64,000 nt of DNA. Origin: an uncultured Christensenellaceae bacterium. GTDB taxonomy: Bacteria > Bacillota > Clostridia > Christensenellales > UBA3700. The DNA lies in contig CAJUMY010000010.1 in assembly GCA_910587685.1 (NCBI GenBank), positions 2,787-66,786 of the forward strand. Direction: 5' to 3'. Numbering within the stretch: the first letter of the stretch is position 1; the number at the start of each line of letters is the position of its first letter. Under the pieces are notes generated by a model, which was not told where the DNA came from, searched no databases, and saw only the letters and a list, made by a program, of their open reading frames with translations. The translations under genes and the position numbers were made by a program. Below, in pieces: positions 37,687 to 47,642 of this stretch.

Positions 37687-38760
37687 ATGACGAACAAGGC
37701 AAAAAAAATCACGTTTATAGCGGTGGCTTCCGTACTTATCTTCGTAGCGGTTCTCGCTATGATAATACTCATACCGAGACAGGGTAAGAAGATGTATAAC
37801 GTATGGGGCGCCGGCGACGAATTCGACGTAAACAGCGTTACGAAGCTCGAAAAGAAGCAAGGCGAAGATTTTAAGATATTGCTATTCACCGATATACAGC
37901 TTTGGACCGCGATAGGCGATAATAAGCGAACGCTCAAGATGATGGACGAATTGGTCGAAAAAGTGAAACCCGATCTCATTATATTACCTGGGGATAACGT
38001 TTCGGGTGTTTCGACGGATATACTTACGCTTCAGTTAGTGAAGAAGATGGAGAGTTACGGCATACCGTGGGCGCCCGTATTCGGTAATCACGACAGCGAA
38101 GGCAACGCAACGCTCGAGTGGCAGGCTGACAAATTCGACGCGGCGGATAACTGTATTTTCGACAGAGGTCCGTCTAATCTCTACGGAGTAGGAAACTATT
38201 TCGTCAATATCGTTGAAGGCGATAATATAGCGTACTCTCTCGCTCTTTTAGATAACGGCAGATATTATAGGTATGACGAGTCGACAATAGACGAAGTGTA
38301 TATGGGATACGAACAGATAGCTTGGTACGAGTGGAATATGAGAGGAATAGCTAAGGCGTACGGCAAAGAAAGAGTTCCCTCTATGACGTTCTCGCACTGC
38401 GCGCCGCCGGAGTTTAACGAAGCTATGGAAAAGTACGGACAAGAGGGCGCTGACGGCATATATTACGTTCCCGAAGAGTATGGGTTCGGATACTGTCAGT
38501 ATCTTCCGAGCGTAGCTCCTAAGAACAGCGGATTCATAGATAAGGCGAAAGCTCTCGGCTTAACGCACGTTTTCGTCGGACACGACCACGAGAATAACGC
38601 AAGTATAAAGTATGAGGACGTAATATATACTTACGGACTCAAGACGGGTCCTTCTCCGAAGCCGTGGAACGCCGCTAAAGAGTACGGCGGAACCGTAATA
38701 TCTATCGGAGATAACGGCGCGGTAAGCATTGCGAACGAAGTTATCGAAACCGTTAAATGA
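37687..38760 (+). CDS. Membrane-anchored calcineurin-like metallophosphoesterase
   Basis: An N-terminal TM is followed by the motifs 'LLFTDIQ', 'LPGDNV', 'VFGNHD' and 'VGHDHENN'. Confidence 0.8.
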   Translation: MTNKAKKITFIAVASVLIFVAVLAMIILIPRQGKKMYNVWGAGDEFDVNSVTKLEKKQGEDFKILLFTDIQLWTAIGDNKRTLKMMDELVEKVKPDLIILPGDNVSGVSTDILTLQLVKKMESYGIPWAPVFGNHDSEGNATLEWQADKFDAADNCIFDRGPSNLYGVGNYFVNIVEGDNIAYSLALLDNGRYYRYDESTIDEVYMGYEQIAWYEWNMRGIAKAYGKERVPSMTFSHCAPPEFNEAMEKYGQEGADGIYYVPEEYGFGYCQYLPSVAPKNSGFIDKAKALGLTHVFVGHDHENNASIKYEDVIYTYGLKTGPSPKPWNAAKEYGGTVISIGDNGAVSIANEVIETVK

Positions 38761-38964
38761 AGAAGTATTCGTCATTAAATTAGATGATTTGAACGCGTTT
38801 TGATTTTTTTATGAGCGCGATCGTTAGAAGATTTATATGAGCAGGCGGAAATACGCCGAGTAACTTAAAAAACTTGTCGGCAGTCTTTGCCGCGATATGT
38901 TATAAAAGTTTTCGAGATATTGTTTAATTGATATGATTTAATTATGAGAACGGTTATTTAACGT

Positions 38965-38995
38965 AAAAAGCGGCGTCAAATCGACGTCGCTTTTT
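38965..38995. terminator. Bidirectional intrinsic terminator
   Basis: aaaaa-gcggcgtc, loop, gacgtcgc-ttttt. The stem is 8 bp including one G-U pair. Confidence 0.75.
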
Positions 38996-39009
38996 AGAAT
39001 TTAGATACG

Positions 39010-39240
39010 TTAGCGTTTATTATTATCTTGGGAACCGTCGCTGTCTAAGTCCTTTTTACGGTTGACTTTTTCGCTTATCGCTTCAACTAGCATTATTATA
39101 GCTCCCAGTACCGCAAAACATAGCGGAAGTATATAGCCCATAGGATCGCACCATTTTGTCAAAGTCATGGGAATCGAAGATAAAACGATCCCGAATACAA
39201 AAAATATTATGCCTGTGATAAATAGTTTTGTTTGTTTCAT
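39010..39240 (-). CDS. Small hypothetical membrane protein (76 aa, 2 TM)
   Basis: GGAGG RBS on the minus strand. Two hydrophobic helices and a charged tail. AT-rich surroundings. Confidence 0.45.
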   Translation of the reverse strand: MKQTKLFITGIIFFVFGIVLSSIPMTLTKWCDPMGYILPLCFAVLGAIIMLVEAISEKVNRKKDLDSDGSQDNNKR

Positions 39241-39488
39241 ATTATAGAGCCTCCGCTAAATAAAATAATTAATAATCGACGTATTTACGTTTTGACAAAT
39301 TTCGTTTACCGATATTATTCAAAATATATAAAGATGAAATCGATGTAAATCTCGCCATATTTTTTCTTTATTATAGTTCAAAACAAGAAAATTGTCAATA
39401 CTAAAAGAGACAAAATTAAAGAAATTTTTAGTAATATATGATTAATGAAATAGCTTACATTTGTTTTTAATAAATGTAAGCCATTTTA

Positions 39489-40412
39489 CTACTTATTCAT
39501 TATATTCGACATAAATTCGCGCGTACGCTCGTTCTTCGGAGAGTCAATGACTTCTTTTGCGTCACCCATTTCAAGAATAGCGCCTTTGTCGAGGAATATT
39601 ACTTTATCCGCTACTTCGCGAGCGAACATTATCTCGTGAGTGACTATGAGCATCGTCATTTTAGTTTCTTCCTTTAGCGAACGGATAACTCTGAGAACTT
39701 CGCCTGTAAGCTCCGGGTCGAGCGCGCTTGTCGGCTCGTCGAAACATAGTATCTCGGGTTTTAAGCAGAGCGCTCTGGCTATTGCGACGCGCTGTTTTTG
39801 ACCTCCCGATATTTCGCAAGGGTAGGCGTCTTTTTTATCGAGAAGTCCTACGGTAACGAGTGTATCGAGCGCGATCCTTTCGGCTTCTGACTTATTGAAC
39901 TTTTTGACGTTAATGAGCGCCAAAGTCAGATTTTCGAGTACGGATAGGTGGGGGAAGAGGTTAAAGTCTTGAAATACCATTCCTATCTTCAACGCTTCTT
40001 TTCTCAGCTCTTTTTCTTTCGGATATTTGGCTACGTCTATCGTTACTTTTTTATTATACCAAAGAGGACGGATTTTTATCTTAAATAGTTTGCCGTCGCT
40101 TCGAGCCTTTTTCGAGACGAATACGGGATATTTTATATCGAAACTCTTTTCGTTTGAGGCGGTTTTATTGCCTTTTTTAATGATTTTGACGTCTTTTTTG
40201 ACAGTCGTAATTACGTCTTTGTCATTAATGCAGAGATCGCCGCTATCTATTTTTTCAAGAAAAGTGATGCACCGAAGAAGCGTTGACTTTCCGCCTCCTG
40301 ACGAGCCTATTATCGCAACGACTTCGCCTTCGTCTATCGAGAAAGAAACGTCTTTGAGAACGTGATTAGCGCCAAAGGATTTGTTGATATTGTTTAGCTT
40401 GATAATGCTCAT
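39489..40412 (-). CDS. Polar amino-acid ABC transporter ATP-binding protein (GlnQ-like) with an insertion of about 60 aa
   Basis: Walker A 'GSSGGGKST', 'GMVFQDFNLFPH', signature 'ISGGQKQRVAIARAL', Walker B 'ILCFDEPTSALD', H-loop 'IVTHE'. An extra Lys-rich segment lies between 'GDLCIND' and 'GMVFQ'. Confidence 0.9.
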   Translation of the reverse strand: MSIIKLNNINKSFGANHVLKDVSFSIDEGEVVAIIGSSGGGKSTLLRCITFLEKIDSGDLCINDKDVITTVKKDVKIIKKGNKTASNEKSFDIKYPVFVSKKARSDGKLFKIKIRPLWYNKKVTIDVAKYPKEKELRKEALKIGMVFQDFNLFPHLSVLENLTLALINVKKFNKSEAERIALDTLVTVGLLDKKDAYPCEISGGQKQRVAIARALCLKPEILCFDEPTSALDPELTGEVLRVIRSLKEETKMTMLIVTHEIMFAREVADKVIFLDKGAILEMGDAKEVIDSPKNERTREFMSNIMNK

Positions 40413-40424
40413 GATGATCCTCCT

Positions 40425-41078
40425 TTAGCCCTTATAGTAATCGAATCGTTTTTCGATCAGTCTGAATATTATCGTGAGTATACCGACGAACGCCAGATAG
40501 AACACGCCTGTGCAGAGCAAGGGGATAATGCTCGTCGTTTTTTCCATAATGCTTTGACCTGCAAATACGACTTCCGCAACTCCGATAACGTTTGCTAGGG
40601 AGGTATCTTTTACAAGCGTTATTATCTCGTTAGACATAGGTTGAAGTATGCGTTTCCCGACTTGGGGTAAGATAACTTTAGTTGAACTTTGTATACGGCT
40701 TAAGCCTAATACTCTTGATGCTTCCGATTGACCTATCGGTATAGATTGGAAGCCTCCCTTGTATATAACGGCGAAGTACGCCGCATAATTTATACCGAAT
40801 GCTATGACTGCGCCCCAAAACTCATCAATAAGCGGAATTTTGAATAAAAAACCGGGACCGTAAAAAATAAGTACGATCTGCAGCATAAGAGGCGTTCCTC
40901 GGATTATCCATATGAAGACGTTTGTGATAAGCGATAGCGGTTTGAACTTCGATACCGACATGAAGTAGATAAGAAGTCCGAGCGGAAGCGCAATTATGAG
41001 CGTCATAAAGAATAACCCGATAGTAAGTTTCGAAGCCTCGAGTATTTGTTTGAATATGTTAGCGTAATCCAAGTTCAT
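40425..41078 (-). CDS. Amino-acid ABC transporter permease (His/Glu/Gln/Arg/opine family)
   Basis: Five TM helices. EAA-loop 'GQSEASRVLGLSRIQSSTKVILPQ'. Confidence 0.9.
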   Translation of the reverse strand: MNLDYANIFKQILEASKLTIGLFFMTLIIALPLGLLIYFMSVSKFKPLSLITNVFIWIIRGTPLMLQIVLIFYGPGFLFKIPLIDEFWGAVIAFGINYAAYFAVIYKGGFQSIPIGQSEASRVLGLSRIQSSTKVILPQVGKRILQPMSNEIITLVKDTSLANVIGVAEVVFAGQSIMEKTTSIIPLLCTGVFYLAFVGILTIIFRLIEKRFDYYKG

Positions 41079-41154
41079 TAACGTATATACCTTTGTTGCC
41101 TTTATATCGATAAATAACAGCGGTTATTTATATTAGCGTATTTCGGCTTTTACA

Positions 41155-42003
41155 TTACTCCGTAGCAATATTCATTTTAAGATTAGTAAGACCGTACTTG
41201 TTGAGAAGTTCGTCATACTTGCCGTTTTTGACAAGAGTACGGATAGCGTCGTTCACTTTACCGATGAATACGGTGTCGCCTTTGCGAGCAGCGACAGCGT
41301 ATGTTTCTGTCTCATTAAGAAGGATAGGCGAGCCGTTTGAATCGCTGGCTACCATACAATCGGAATTCTTTGAGCAGTAATATTCTGCCATTGTTCTGTC
41401 AACAAGGGCAACGTCGCTACCTTTTAGCTTTACGTCGTTTAAGGCATTAATTTGCGCTTTAAGAAGTTTTACTGTGTCTTTATCGCTTGTTTTGAAAAGT
41501 TCGTCAAATACGTCAGCTCCCGCGCTTCCGTCTTCTGCTACGAATTTATTTGCAGTCTTGAGTGTAGCTACAGAATTGTACTTAGTCGCATCCTCTTTTC
41601 TGATCACTGCAACTTGGTTGTTGTAGAGATAGTCAACTGAAAGTTCATAAGCCGCCTTTCTCTCCTCGGTAACGGTAAGACCGTTCCATATAAGATCGAT
41701 ATTACGAGTTTGAAGTTCGCTATCCTTCATCTTCCAAGAAATCAACCTAAATTCTACTTTAACGCCTAGAGCTTCGCCGACGGCAAGAGCAAACTCACTA
41801 TCAAATCCGGGCATATTCTTATCGAGTTTAGTCGCATCGTTGTCGTCAGTTATAGCGATCGGCGGATTAGGCGTCCAGCCTATAATCATAGTGCCTTTTT
41901 CCTCTATGTATTCCCAGTCGCTCGTCTTATTACAGCCTACGAGTCCCACTGCGAGCAGGCATACTACGAGGAGTGTTGCAATTATTACCAAAGTCTTTTT
42001 CAT
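41155..42003 (-). CDS. Amino-acid ABC transporter substrate-binding lipoprotein (SBP family 3)
   Basis: Lipobox 'AVGLVGC'. 'IDLIWNGLTVTEERK' and the overall pattern are typical of SBP_bac_3. Confidence 0.85.
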   Translation of the reverse strand: MKKTLVIIATLLVVCLLAVGLVGCNKTSDWEYIEEKGTMIIGWTPNPPIAITDDNDATKLDKNMPGFDSEFALAVGEALGVKVEFRLISWKMKDSELQTRNIDLIWNGLTVTEERKAAYELSVDYLYNNQVAVIRKEDATKYNSVATLKTANKFVAEDGSAGADVFDELFKTSDKDTVKLLKAQINALNDVKLKGSDVALVDRTMAEYYCSKNSDCMVASDSNGSPILLNETETYAVAARKGDTVFIGKVNDAIRTLVKNGKYDELLNKYGLTNLKMNIATE

Positions 42004-42197
42004 TTTTGTTCTCCTAAAGTTTAGTTTATATGAAAGTACATTATATGTACGCTCATTTTTAATATTTGCCGATAATCGGTTCGGCGTTTGGCGAATACTT
42101 TATATTCGTAGGCGTTTGACGCCGCATCGTTTATATGCTAAACGACAGTTTTCTATCGAAATTCGATAATAGCGATAGATTTTTTATACTGCGCTGA

Positions 42198-43481
42198 TTA
42201 TTTTGTTATCTTTTCCTTACCGCCCATATACATTTGAAGCGGCTTCGGAATATTGACGCTGCCGTCGGCGCAGAGGTTATTCTCAAGGAATGCGATGAGC
42301 ATTCTCGGCGGAGCGACGACGGTATTATTGAGCGTGTGAGCGAAATAGTTGCCGGTCTCCTTATTTTTTATCCTTATGCCGAGCCGTCTAGCCTGAGCGT
42401 CTCCGAGATTCGAACAGCTTCCGACCTCAAAGTATTTTTTCTGTCTCGGCGACCATGCTTCGACGTCGATGCTCTTGACCTTGAGATCGGCAAGATCTCC
42501 CGAACAGCATTCGAGCGTTCTTACGGGTATATCCAAAGATCGGAAGAAATCGACGGTATTATTGTGGAGTTTTTCAAACCACGCCGGGCTTTCATCGGGT
42601 TTGCAGATGACTATCATTTCCTGCTTTTCGAACTGGTGTATTCTGTATACGCCGCGTTCTTCTATGCCGTGAGCGCCGACTTCCTTCCTAAAGCACGGCG
42701 AATAACTCGTGAGCGTTTTAGGCAGTTCCTCTTCGGGTATGATGGTATCCATGAATTTTCCTATCATGGAGTGCTCCGACGTGCCGATGAGATAGAGGTC
42801 TTCGCCCTCTATTTTATACATCATATTTTCCATTTCCGCAAAGCTCATGACGCCGTTGACGACGGAGCTTCTTATCATGAACGGAGGAACGTAGTAGGTG
42901 AAGCCTCTGTCTATCATGAAGTCTCTGGCGTAAGAGAGTATCGCCGAGTGGAGACGCGCGACGTCGCCTCTAAGGTAATAGAAACCGTTGCCGCTCGTTC
43001 TTCTTGCACTGTCGAGGTCTATGCCGTCGAAACTCTCCATGATATCGACGTGATAGGGAACTTCGTATTCGGGTACGAATGGCTCTCCGAACTTTTCTAC
43101 TTCAACGTTCTCGCTGTCGTCTTTTCCTATGGGGACCGACGGATCTATGATGTTAGGTATGACCATCATTCTCGTTTTGATCTCTCCTTCGAGTTCCGTC
43201 TCTCTCTTTTCGAGACGCAAAAGCTCGTCGGCAAATTCTGCAACTTGCTTTTTAGCTTCTTCCGCTTTGTCCTTTTCTCCTTTCGCCATGAAGCCGCCTA
43301 TGGTCTTGCTGATCGAATTACGCTGACTTCTTAAAAATTCGCATCTTTTCTTGGCGTCTCTGTATTCCGCGTCGAAAGCTATCACTTCGTCGACGAGCGG
43401 GAGTTTTTCATCTTGAAATTTCTTCTTTATATTCTCTTTTACGATTTCGGGATTGCTTCTTAAGAATTTAATATCTATCAT
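42198..43481 (-). CDS. serS: Seryl-tRNA synthetase
   Basis: N-terminal coiled-coil arm 'MIDIKFLRSNPE'. Class II motifs 'LIGTSEH', 'CFRKEVGAHG', 'RIHQFEKQE', 'VGSCSNLGDAQARR'. Confidence 0.96.
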   Translation of the reverse strand: MIDIKFLRSNPEIVKENIKKKFQDEKLPLVDEVIAFDAEYRDAKKRCEFLRSQRNSISKTIGGFMAKGEKDKAEEAKKQVAEFADELLRLEKRETELEGEIKTRMMVIPNIIDPSVPIGKDDSENVEVEKFGEPFVPEYEVPYHVDIMESFDGIDLDSARRTSGNGFYYLRGDVARLHSAILSYARDFMIDRGFTYYVPPFMIRSSVVNGVMSFAEMENMMYKIEGEDLYLIGTSEHSMIGKFMDTIIPEEELPKTLTSYSPCFRKEVGAHGIEERGVYRIHQFEKQEMIVICKPDESPAWFEKLHNNTVDFFRSLDIPVRTLECCSGDLADLKVKSIDVEAWSPRQKKYFEVGSCSNLGDAQARRLGIRIKNKETGNYFAHTLNNTVVAPPRMLIAFLENNLCADGSVNIPKPLQMYMGGKEKITK

Positions 43482-43520
43482 ATATTGTTTATTCTCCTTG
43501 AGTCCGCGTTAGGCGTTATT

Positions 43521-45953
43521 TCATTTAGCTACGATATTGACGAGTCTCTTTGGAATGACTACGACTTTGACTACGCTCAGTCCCTTGAGAGCTTCGACGA
43601 CGTTGCCGTCGTTGAGCGCGGTCTTTTCTATCTCTTCCTTAGTTGCGTCGGCAGGAAGAACTATCCTTGCCTTAACTCTCGAGTTTATCTGTACCGCGAG
43701 CTCGTATTCGTCTTTGACAAGAGCCTTTTCGTCGTACTTAGGATAGCTTCTATTGTGAACGGAATAGGAGTTGCCCATCAGTTCGTTGAGCTCTTCCGAT
43801 ACGTGCGGAGCGAACGGCGCCATAAGAAGTATGAGGTCGTTGATGCACGATACGGCAAAGTTACCGTTATGGTTTTTAGCCGACGAATCGTATTTGTAAA
43901 GAGCGTTGACGAATTCCATGATACGCGCGATAGCGGTATTGAACGAGAACGCCTCCGTATCGGCGGTCACTCTCTTTATCGTGTTGTGGCGGATGAAGTT
44001 GAGCTCTTTTTCGTCGGAAGACATTTCGTTATTGTCGGTAGGATAGCTCTTTGCTCTCAATGCTATTCTTTCCACTCTTTCGAAGAACTTGGAGATACCT
44101 TCTATACCTGCCGAGTTCCACGGACCGCCTTCCTGATATGCGAAGCCGAACATAAGATACATTCTGAAAGCGTCGGAGCCGTACTTTTTGATGAAGTCGT
44201 CGGGGGATACTACGTTTCCTCTCGATTTGCTCATCTTGAAGCCGTCTGGACCGAGGATAAGACCTTGATGCACGAGCGACTTGAACGGTTCGTCAAACGA
44301 TAGGTAGCCCATATCTCTCAAAGCCTTAGTGAAGAAACGCGCGTACAAAAGGTGCATACAGGCGTGTTCCGCGCCGCCGATATACTTGTCCACGGGGAGC
44401 ATCTTGTCGATGAGCTCCTTATTGAAAGCCTCTTTGTCGTTCTTTGCGTCGGGGTATCTCAAATAGTACCAAGAAGAGCATACGAACGTATCGAGCGTAT
44501 CGGGATCGCGCTTTGCAGGGCGACCGCAGATCGGACAAACTGTATTGATATATTCTTCGCACTTGGCGAGCGGCGACTCGCCGTCGGGCTTGAATTCTAC
44601 GTTATACGGAAGTTTTACGGGCAGTTCCGATTCGGGAACGGGAACTTCGCCGCAGTGTTCGCAGTGGATTATCGGAATAGGACATCCCCAGTATCTCTGA
44701 CGCGATATGAGCCAGTCGCGGAGACGGTAATTGGTCTTTTTGCCGCCTTTGCCCATCTTTTCTATTTTGGCAAGTATAGCGTCTCTAGCATCTTCGCTCT
44801 TCATCCCGCTGAACTCTTCGGAATTGACGCTGACGCCCATTTCGCAATAGGGAAGCGTATCGTCGCTGCCGTCTGCGCTCTTGACGACTCTCGTTATATC
44901 GAGAGAATATTTCTTAGCGAAGTCAAAGTCTCTATCGTCGTGCGACGGAACGCCCATTACCGCGCCTGTGCCGTAGGAGTAGAGGACGTAATCGCCCGTC
45001 CATATGGGAACTCTCTTGCCGCTTACGGGGTTGATACAGTACGCGCCGGTAAAGACGCCCGTCTTTTCTCTCGTGGAACTGAGTCTGTCTATCTCCGTCG
45101 TCTTAGAACATTCGCGTACGTAATCCTCTACCGCCGAGAGCTGCTCTTTCGTAGTCAGCTTTTTGACGAGCGGATGTTCGGGCGCGAGCACGACGTAAGA
45201 TACTCCGTAGAGCGTGTCGGCTCTTGTCGTGAATACTCTGAACGCGTCGCCGCTCTCCGTCGCGAATTCTATCTCTCCGCCCGTTGATTTTCCTATCCAG
45301 TTGCGTTGCATAGCCTTCGTCTTTTCAGGCCAGTCGATAGTATCGAGACCCGAAAGGAGTTCTTCGGCGTAATCGGTTATCTTGAAGAACCACTGCGTGA
45401 GATTCTTCTTGACGACGAGCGAGCCGCAGCGTTCGCACACGCCGTCGACGACCTGCTCGTTAGCAAGGACGGTATTGCATGAAGTGCACCAGTTGACGGG
45501 GGCTTCCTTTCTGTATGCGAGACCTCTCTTGTAAAATTCGAGGAATAACCACTGCGTCCACTTGTAATAATCGGGCATACACGTCTTGATCTCGTAATCC
45601 CAGTCGAAAGTAGCGCCCATAGCCTTGAGCTGTTCTTCCATATTGGCGATATTCTTGAGAGTGCTGTCTTCGGGATGGATACCCGTCTTTATCGCGTAGT
45701 TCTCAGCAGGAAGTCCGAACGCGTCGAAGCCCATAGGCTGGAATACTTCGTATCCCTGCATCCTCTTGAAACGGGCGAACGAGTCGGAAGGTCCGAAATT
45801 GAACCAGTGTCCGACGTGAAGTTTCGCTCCCGAAGGATACGAAAACATTTCGAGAGTATAGTACTTCTTGTCCATCTTGGACTTGTCGAAAGCGTACAAT
45901 CTGTCTTTCGCCCAACGATCTTGCCATTTCTTGTCAATCTTAGTAAAATCCAT
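43521..45953 (-). CDS. leuS: Leucyl-tRNA synthetase
   Basis: A GGAGA RBS favours the ATG at 45953 ('[11 protein letters not shown]'). Class I signatures 'HVGH' and 'KMSKS' ('FKMSKSRGN'). CP1 editing-domain blocks are present. Confidence 0.96.
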   Translation of the reverse strand: MDFTKIDKKWQDRWAKDRLYAFDKSKMDKKYYTLEMFSYPSGAKLHVGHWFNFGPSDSFARFKRMQGYEVFQPMGFDAFGLPAENYAIKTGIHPEDSTLKNIANMEEQLKAMGATFDWDYEIKTCMPDYYKWTQWLFLEFYKRGLAYRKEAPVNWCTSCNTVLANEQVVDGVCERCGSLVVKKNLTQWFFKITDYAEELLSGLDTIDWPEKTKAMQRNWIGKSTGGEIEFATESGDAFRVFTTRADTLYGVSYVVLAPEHPLVKKLTTKEQLSAVEDYVRECSKTTEIDRLSSTREKTGVFTGAYCINPVSGKRVPIWTGDYVLYSYGTGAVMGVPSHDDRDFDFAKKYSLDITRVVKSADGSDDTLPYCEMGVSVNSEEFSGMKSEDARDAILAKIEKMGKGGKKTNYRLRDWLISRQRYWGCPIPIIHCEHCGEVPVPESELPVKLPYNVEFKPDGESPLAKCEEYINTVCPICGRPAKRDPDTLDTFVCSSWYYLRYPDAKNDKEAFNKELIDKMLPVDKYIGGAEHACMHLLYARFFTKALRDMGYLSFDEPFKSLVHQGLILGPDGFKMSKSRGNVVSPDDFIKKYGSDAFRMYLMFGFAYQEGGPWNSAGIEGISKFFERVERIALRAKSYPTDNNEMSSDEKELNFIRHNTIKRVTADTEAFSFNTAIARIMEFVNALYKYDSSAKNHNGNFAVSCINDLILLMAPFAPHVSEELNELMGNSYSVHNRSYPKYDEKALVKDEYELAVQINSRVKARIVLPADATKEEIEKTALNDGNVVEALKGLSVVKVVVIPKRLVNIVAK

Positions 45954-46173
45954 AAACTTCTCCGTATATAAATCGGTCATTACGAACGATCCGACACAAT
46001 TTGTCGGCAATATATTGTCTTACAGGTTTAATGAGACGCGATTTGACGGCAAATTACCGCATTATCGGTAAATTTGGCGCAACTTGCGCCGCGTATCTTA
46101 TCTACTCTTATCGGCGTCGATCTTGCCGTAATCCCATTAGACGGCAAAGTTACATCGAATAAAAGATACTAAT

Positions 46174-46202
46174 ATATTAATACATACGCAAAATAATGTC
46201 AA
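46174..46202 (-). promoter_or_regulatory. Candidate promoter of the leuS-serS transcript
   Basis: On the minus strand: TTGACA (46202-46197), 17-nt spacer, TAATAT (46179-46174). It predicts a leader of about 210 nt. Confidence 0.45.
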
Positions 46203-46439
46203 GGTAATATCCGTAAAAGTATCGAGATAAAAAATACGACGCTGTCTCGGACGGTATCGCTGGCAAAACGGAAATCATCGCTACTTTACGTCGCCTCGGC
46301 GTAAAATCAATGCCGCAGCGTTATAGATCGCAAATTATTAAGATGTCATGGCGGAGTTTTAATAAATGCTTATGAAAAATAAATATAATTAAAATTTTAT
46401 AAAATTTACGTTTCTTCGTTCAATTCGGAAGAAAGTTCG

Positions 46440-46469
46440 TTGACAAACAGCTTGCGCGTGAATTATAAT
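46440..46469 (+). promoter_or_regulatory. Sigma-A-like promoter of the XRE regulator gene
   Basis: TTGACA (46440-46445), 18-nt spacer, TATAAT (46464-46469). Confidence 0.5.
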
Positions 46470-46625
46470 TAACGAAAGTTATATCGGAACGCGTATATCC
46501 ATAGGTTAAATACGGCTTTTGATGATTTGTCGAAAAGTGTCGCATATGTATCGTAGATTTGCAGCTTTTGCGGTATGGCTCAAGTGTTTTTTGGAAGAAG
46601 AATTGATTCTATTGGAGGTAAGCGT

Positions 46626-46835
46626 ATGAAGTTTGCGGAAAGGCTCAAAGACGAGCGTAAGCGTAAGCGTTATAATCAAACGTACATTGCAAAGTATATG
46701 AAGGTTTCGCAGGTATCGGTAAGTAACTGGGAGAGAGGTGTAAAGGAGCCTAATTTTCAGGCGCTCATCGACCTTGCAAATCTGTTCGGAGTATCTACGG
46801 ACTACTTGCTAGGCATCAAAGATACTAAGGACTGA
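46626..46835 (+). CDS. XRE-family helix-turn-helix transcriptional regulator (69 aa)
   Basis: A GGAGG RBS precedes ATG 46626. 'YNQTYIAKYMKVSQVSVSNWERGVKEPNFQALIDLANLFGVSTDYLLG' is a canonical HTH_3 sequence. Confidence 0.82.
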   Translation: MKFAERLKDERKRKRYNQTYIAKYMKVSQVSVSNWERGVKEPNFQALIDLANLFGVSTDYLLGIKDTKD

Positions 46836-46896
46836 TTTTTTATTAAAAGCGTTGCCGCGGCGTATTGCGCGGTAAGATGTACTGAAATTTTATTTT

Positions 46897-46926
46897 GAAG
46901 AACGCGGCTTAGTCGCGTTCTTCTTT
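46897..46926 (+). terminator. Rho-independent terminator
   Basis: gaagaacgcg (46897-46906) pairs with cgcgttcttc (46914-46923), followed by ttt. Confidence 0.7.
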
Positions 46927-47048
46927 CCGTATATCGGTTATCGGAAAACGATTTTTCGTTCAAGCGTTAAAAAAGCAGAAAACTCATAAACCGCAGAAGT
47001 AGCGACTGCGTCTCCGCGTTGTAATTTATAAGCCGCTATCTTACGTTT

Positions 47049-47264
47049 TTATTTTTGATTTATGCCGAGTATTTCGTTAGCGTCGAGATCGAGGACCGCG
47101 CACAGATTGGCGAGCGTATCGAGGGCGGGAAGAATATCTCCTCTCACGTAGTGCGCTATAGTGGACTGCGACATATGCAGTTCTTTGGCGATAGCCGTCT
47201 GCGTCATTCCGCATTGTCTTATGGCCTCGATGATGTTCTTCTGTATTGTTTCAAGCGTTATCAT
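47049..47264 (-). CDS. XRE-family helix-turn-helix transcriptional regulator (71 aa)
   Basis: 'MTQTAIAKELHMSQSTIAHYVRGDILPALDTLANLCAVLDLDANEILG' is a canonical HTH_3 sequence. Confidence 0.82.
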   Translation of the reverse strand: MITLETIQKNIIEAIRQCGMTQTAIAKELHMSQSTIAHYVRGDILPALDTLANLCAVLDLDANEILGINQK

Positions 47265-47642
47265 GTAGCTTCCTCACAATATATAGTATTTCAAAATTAT
47301 TTTATGCGTTGCGGTCATAAAAATATTTTCTTATGCGTACTAATCATTAACATAAGACTATTTAAGAGAAATATGTTGAGATAAAGTCTAATTTGGAATA
47401 ACAAAATTCCTAAAAATAACGAAGAGCAGGTCAATTTTTTCTACAATATGCAGAAAGTTTTAATTCGTTAAATTATTGATGAATATTTTGGCTATTGACA
47501 AAAGACAGTTTCTGATATAGAATAAATAATATAATAAAAAGCTATATTTTTATATTCAAATAAGTGTTTTTAAGTACGCTTGATATATTCGTTACATATA
47601 CTCTAAGAAAAGAACTAAGCTTTATGAAGCGACGAGGTAATT

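Noticed and set aside
41100-41155. An AT-rich hairpin (ataaataac / gttatttat) between the substrate-binding-protein and permease genes, as a possible regulatory element.
   Set aside because: It is a weak all-A/T stem. It is most simply an intra-operon partial terminator or stabiliser, which is common after SBP genes. It is not distinctive enough to call.
45954-46350. A T-box riboswitch was expected upstream of leuS.
   Set aside because: I could not find the conserved T-box 14-mer (AGGGUGGNACCGCG), a GA/K-turn plus specifier loop, or a terminator/antiterminator pair in canonical order. 'AAUGGGAUUACGGCAAG' is only a weak resemblance and lies too close to the 5' end. The region is reported only as an unclassified structured leader.
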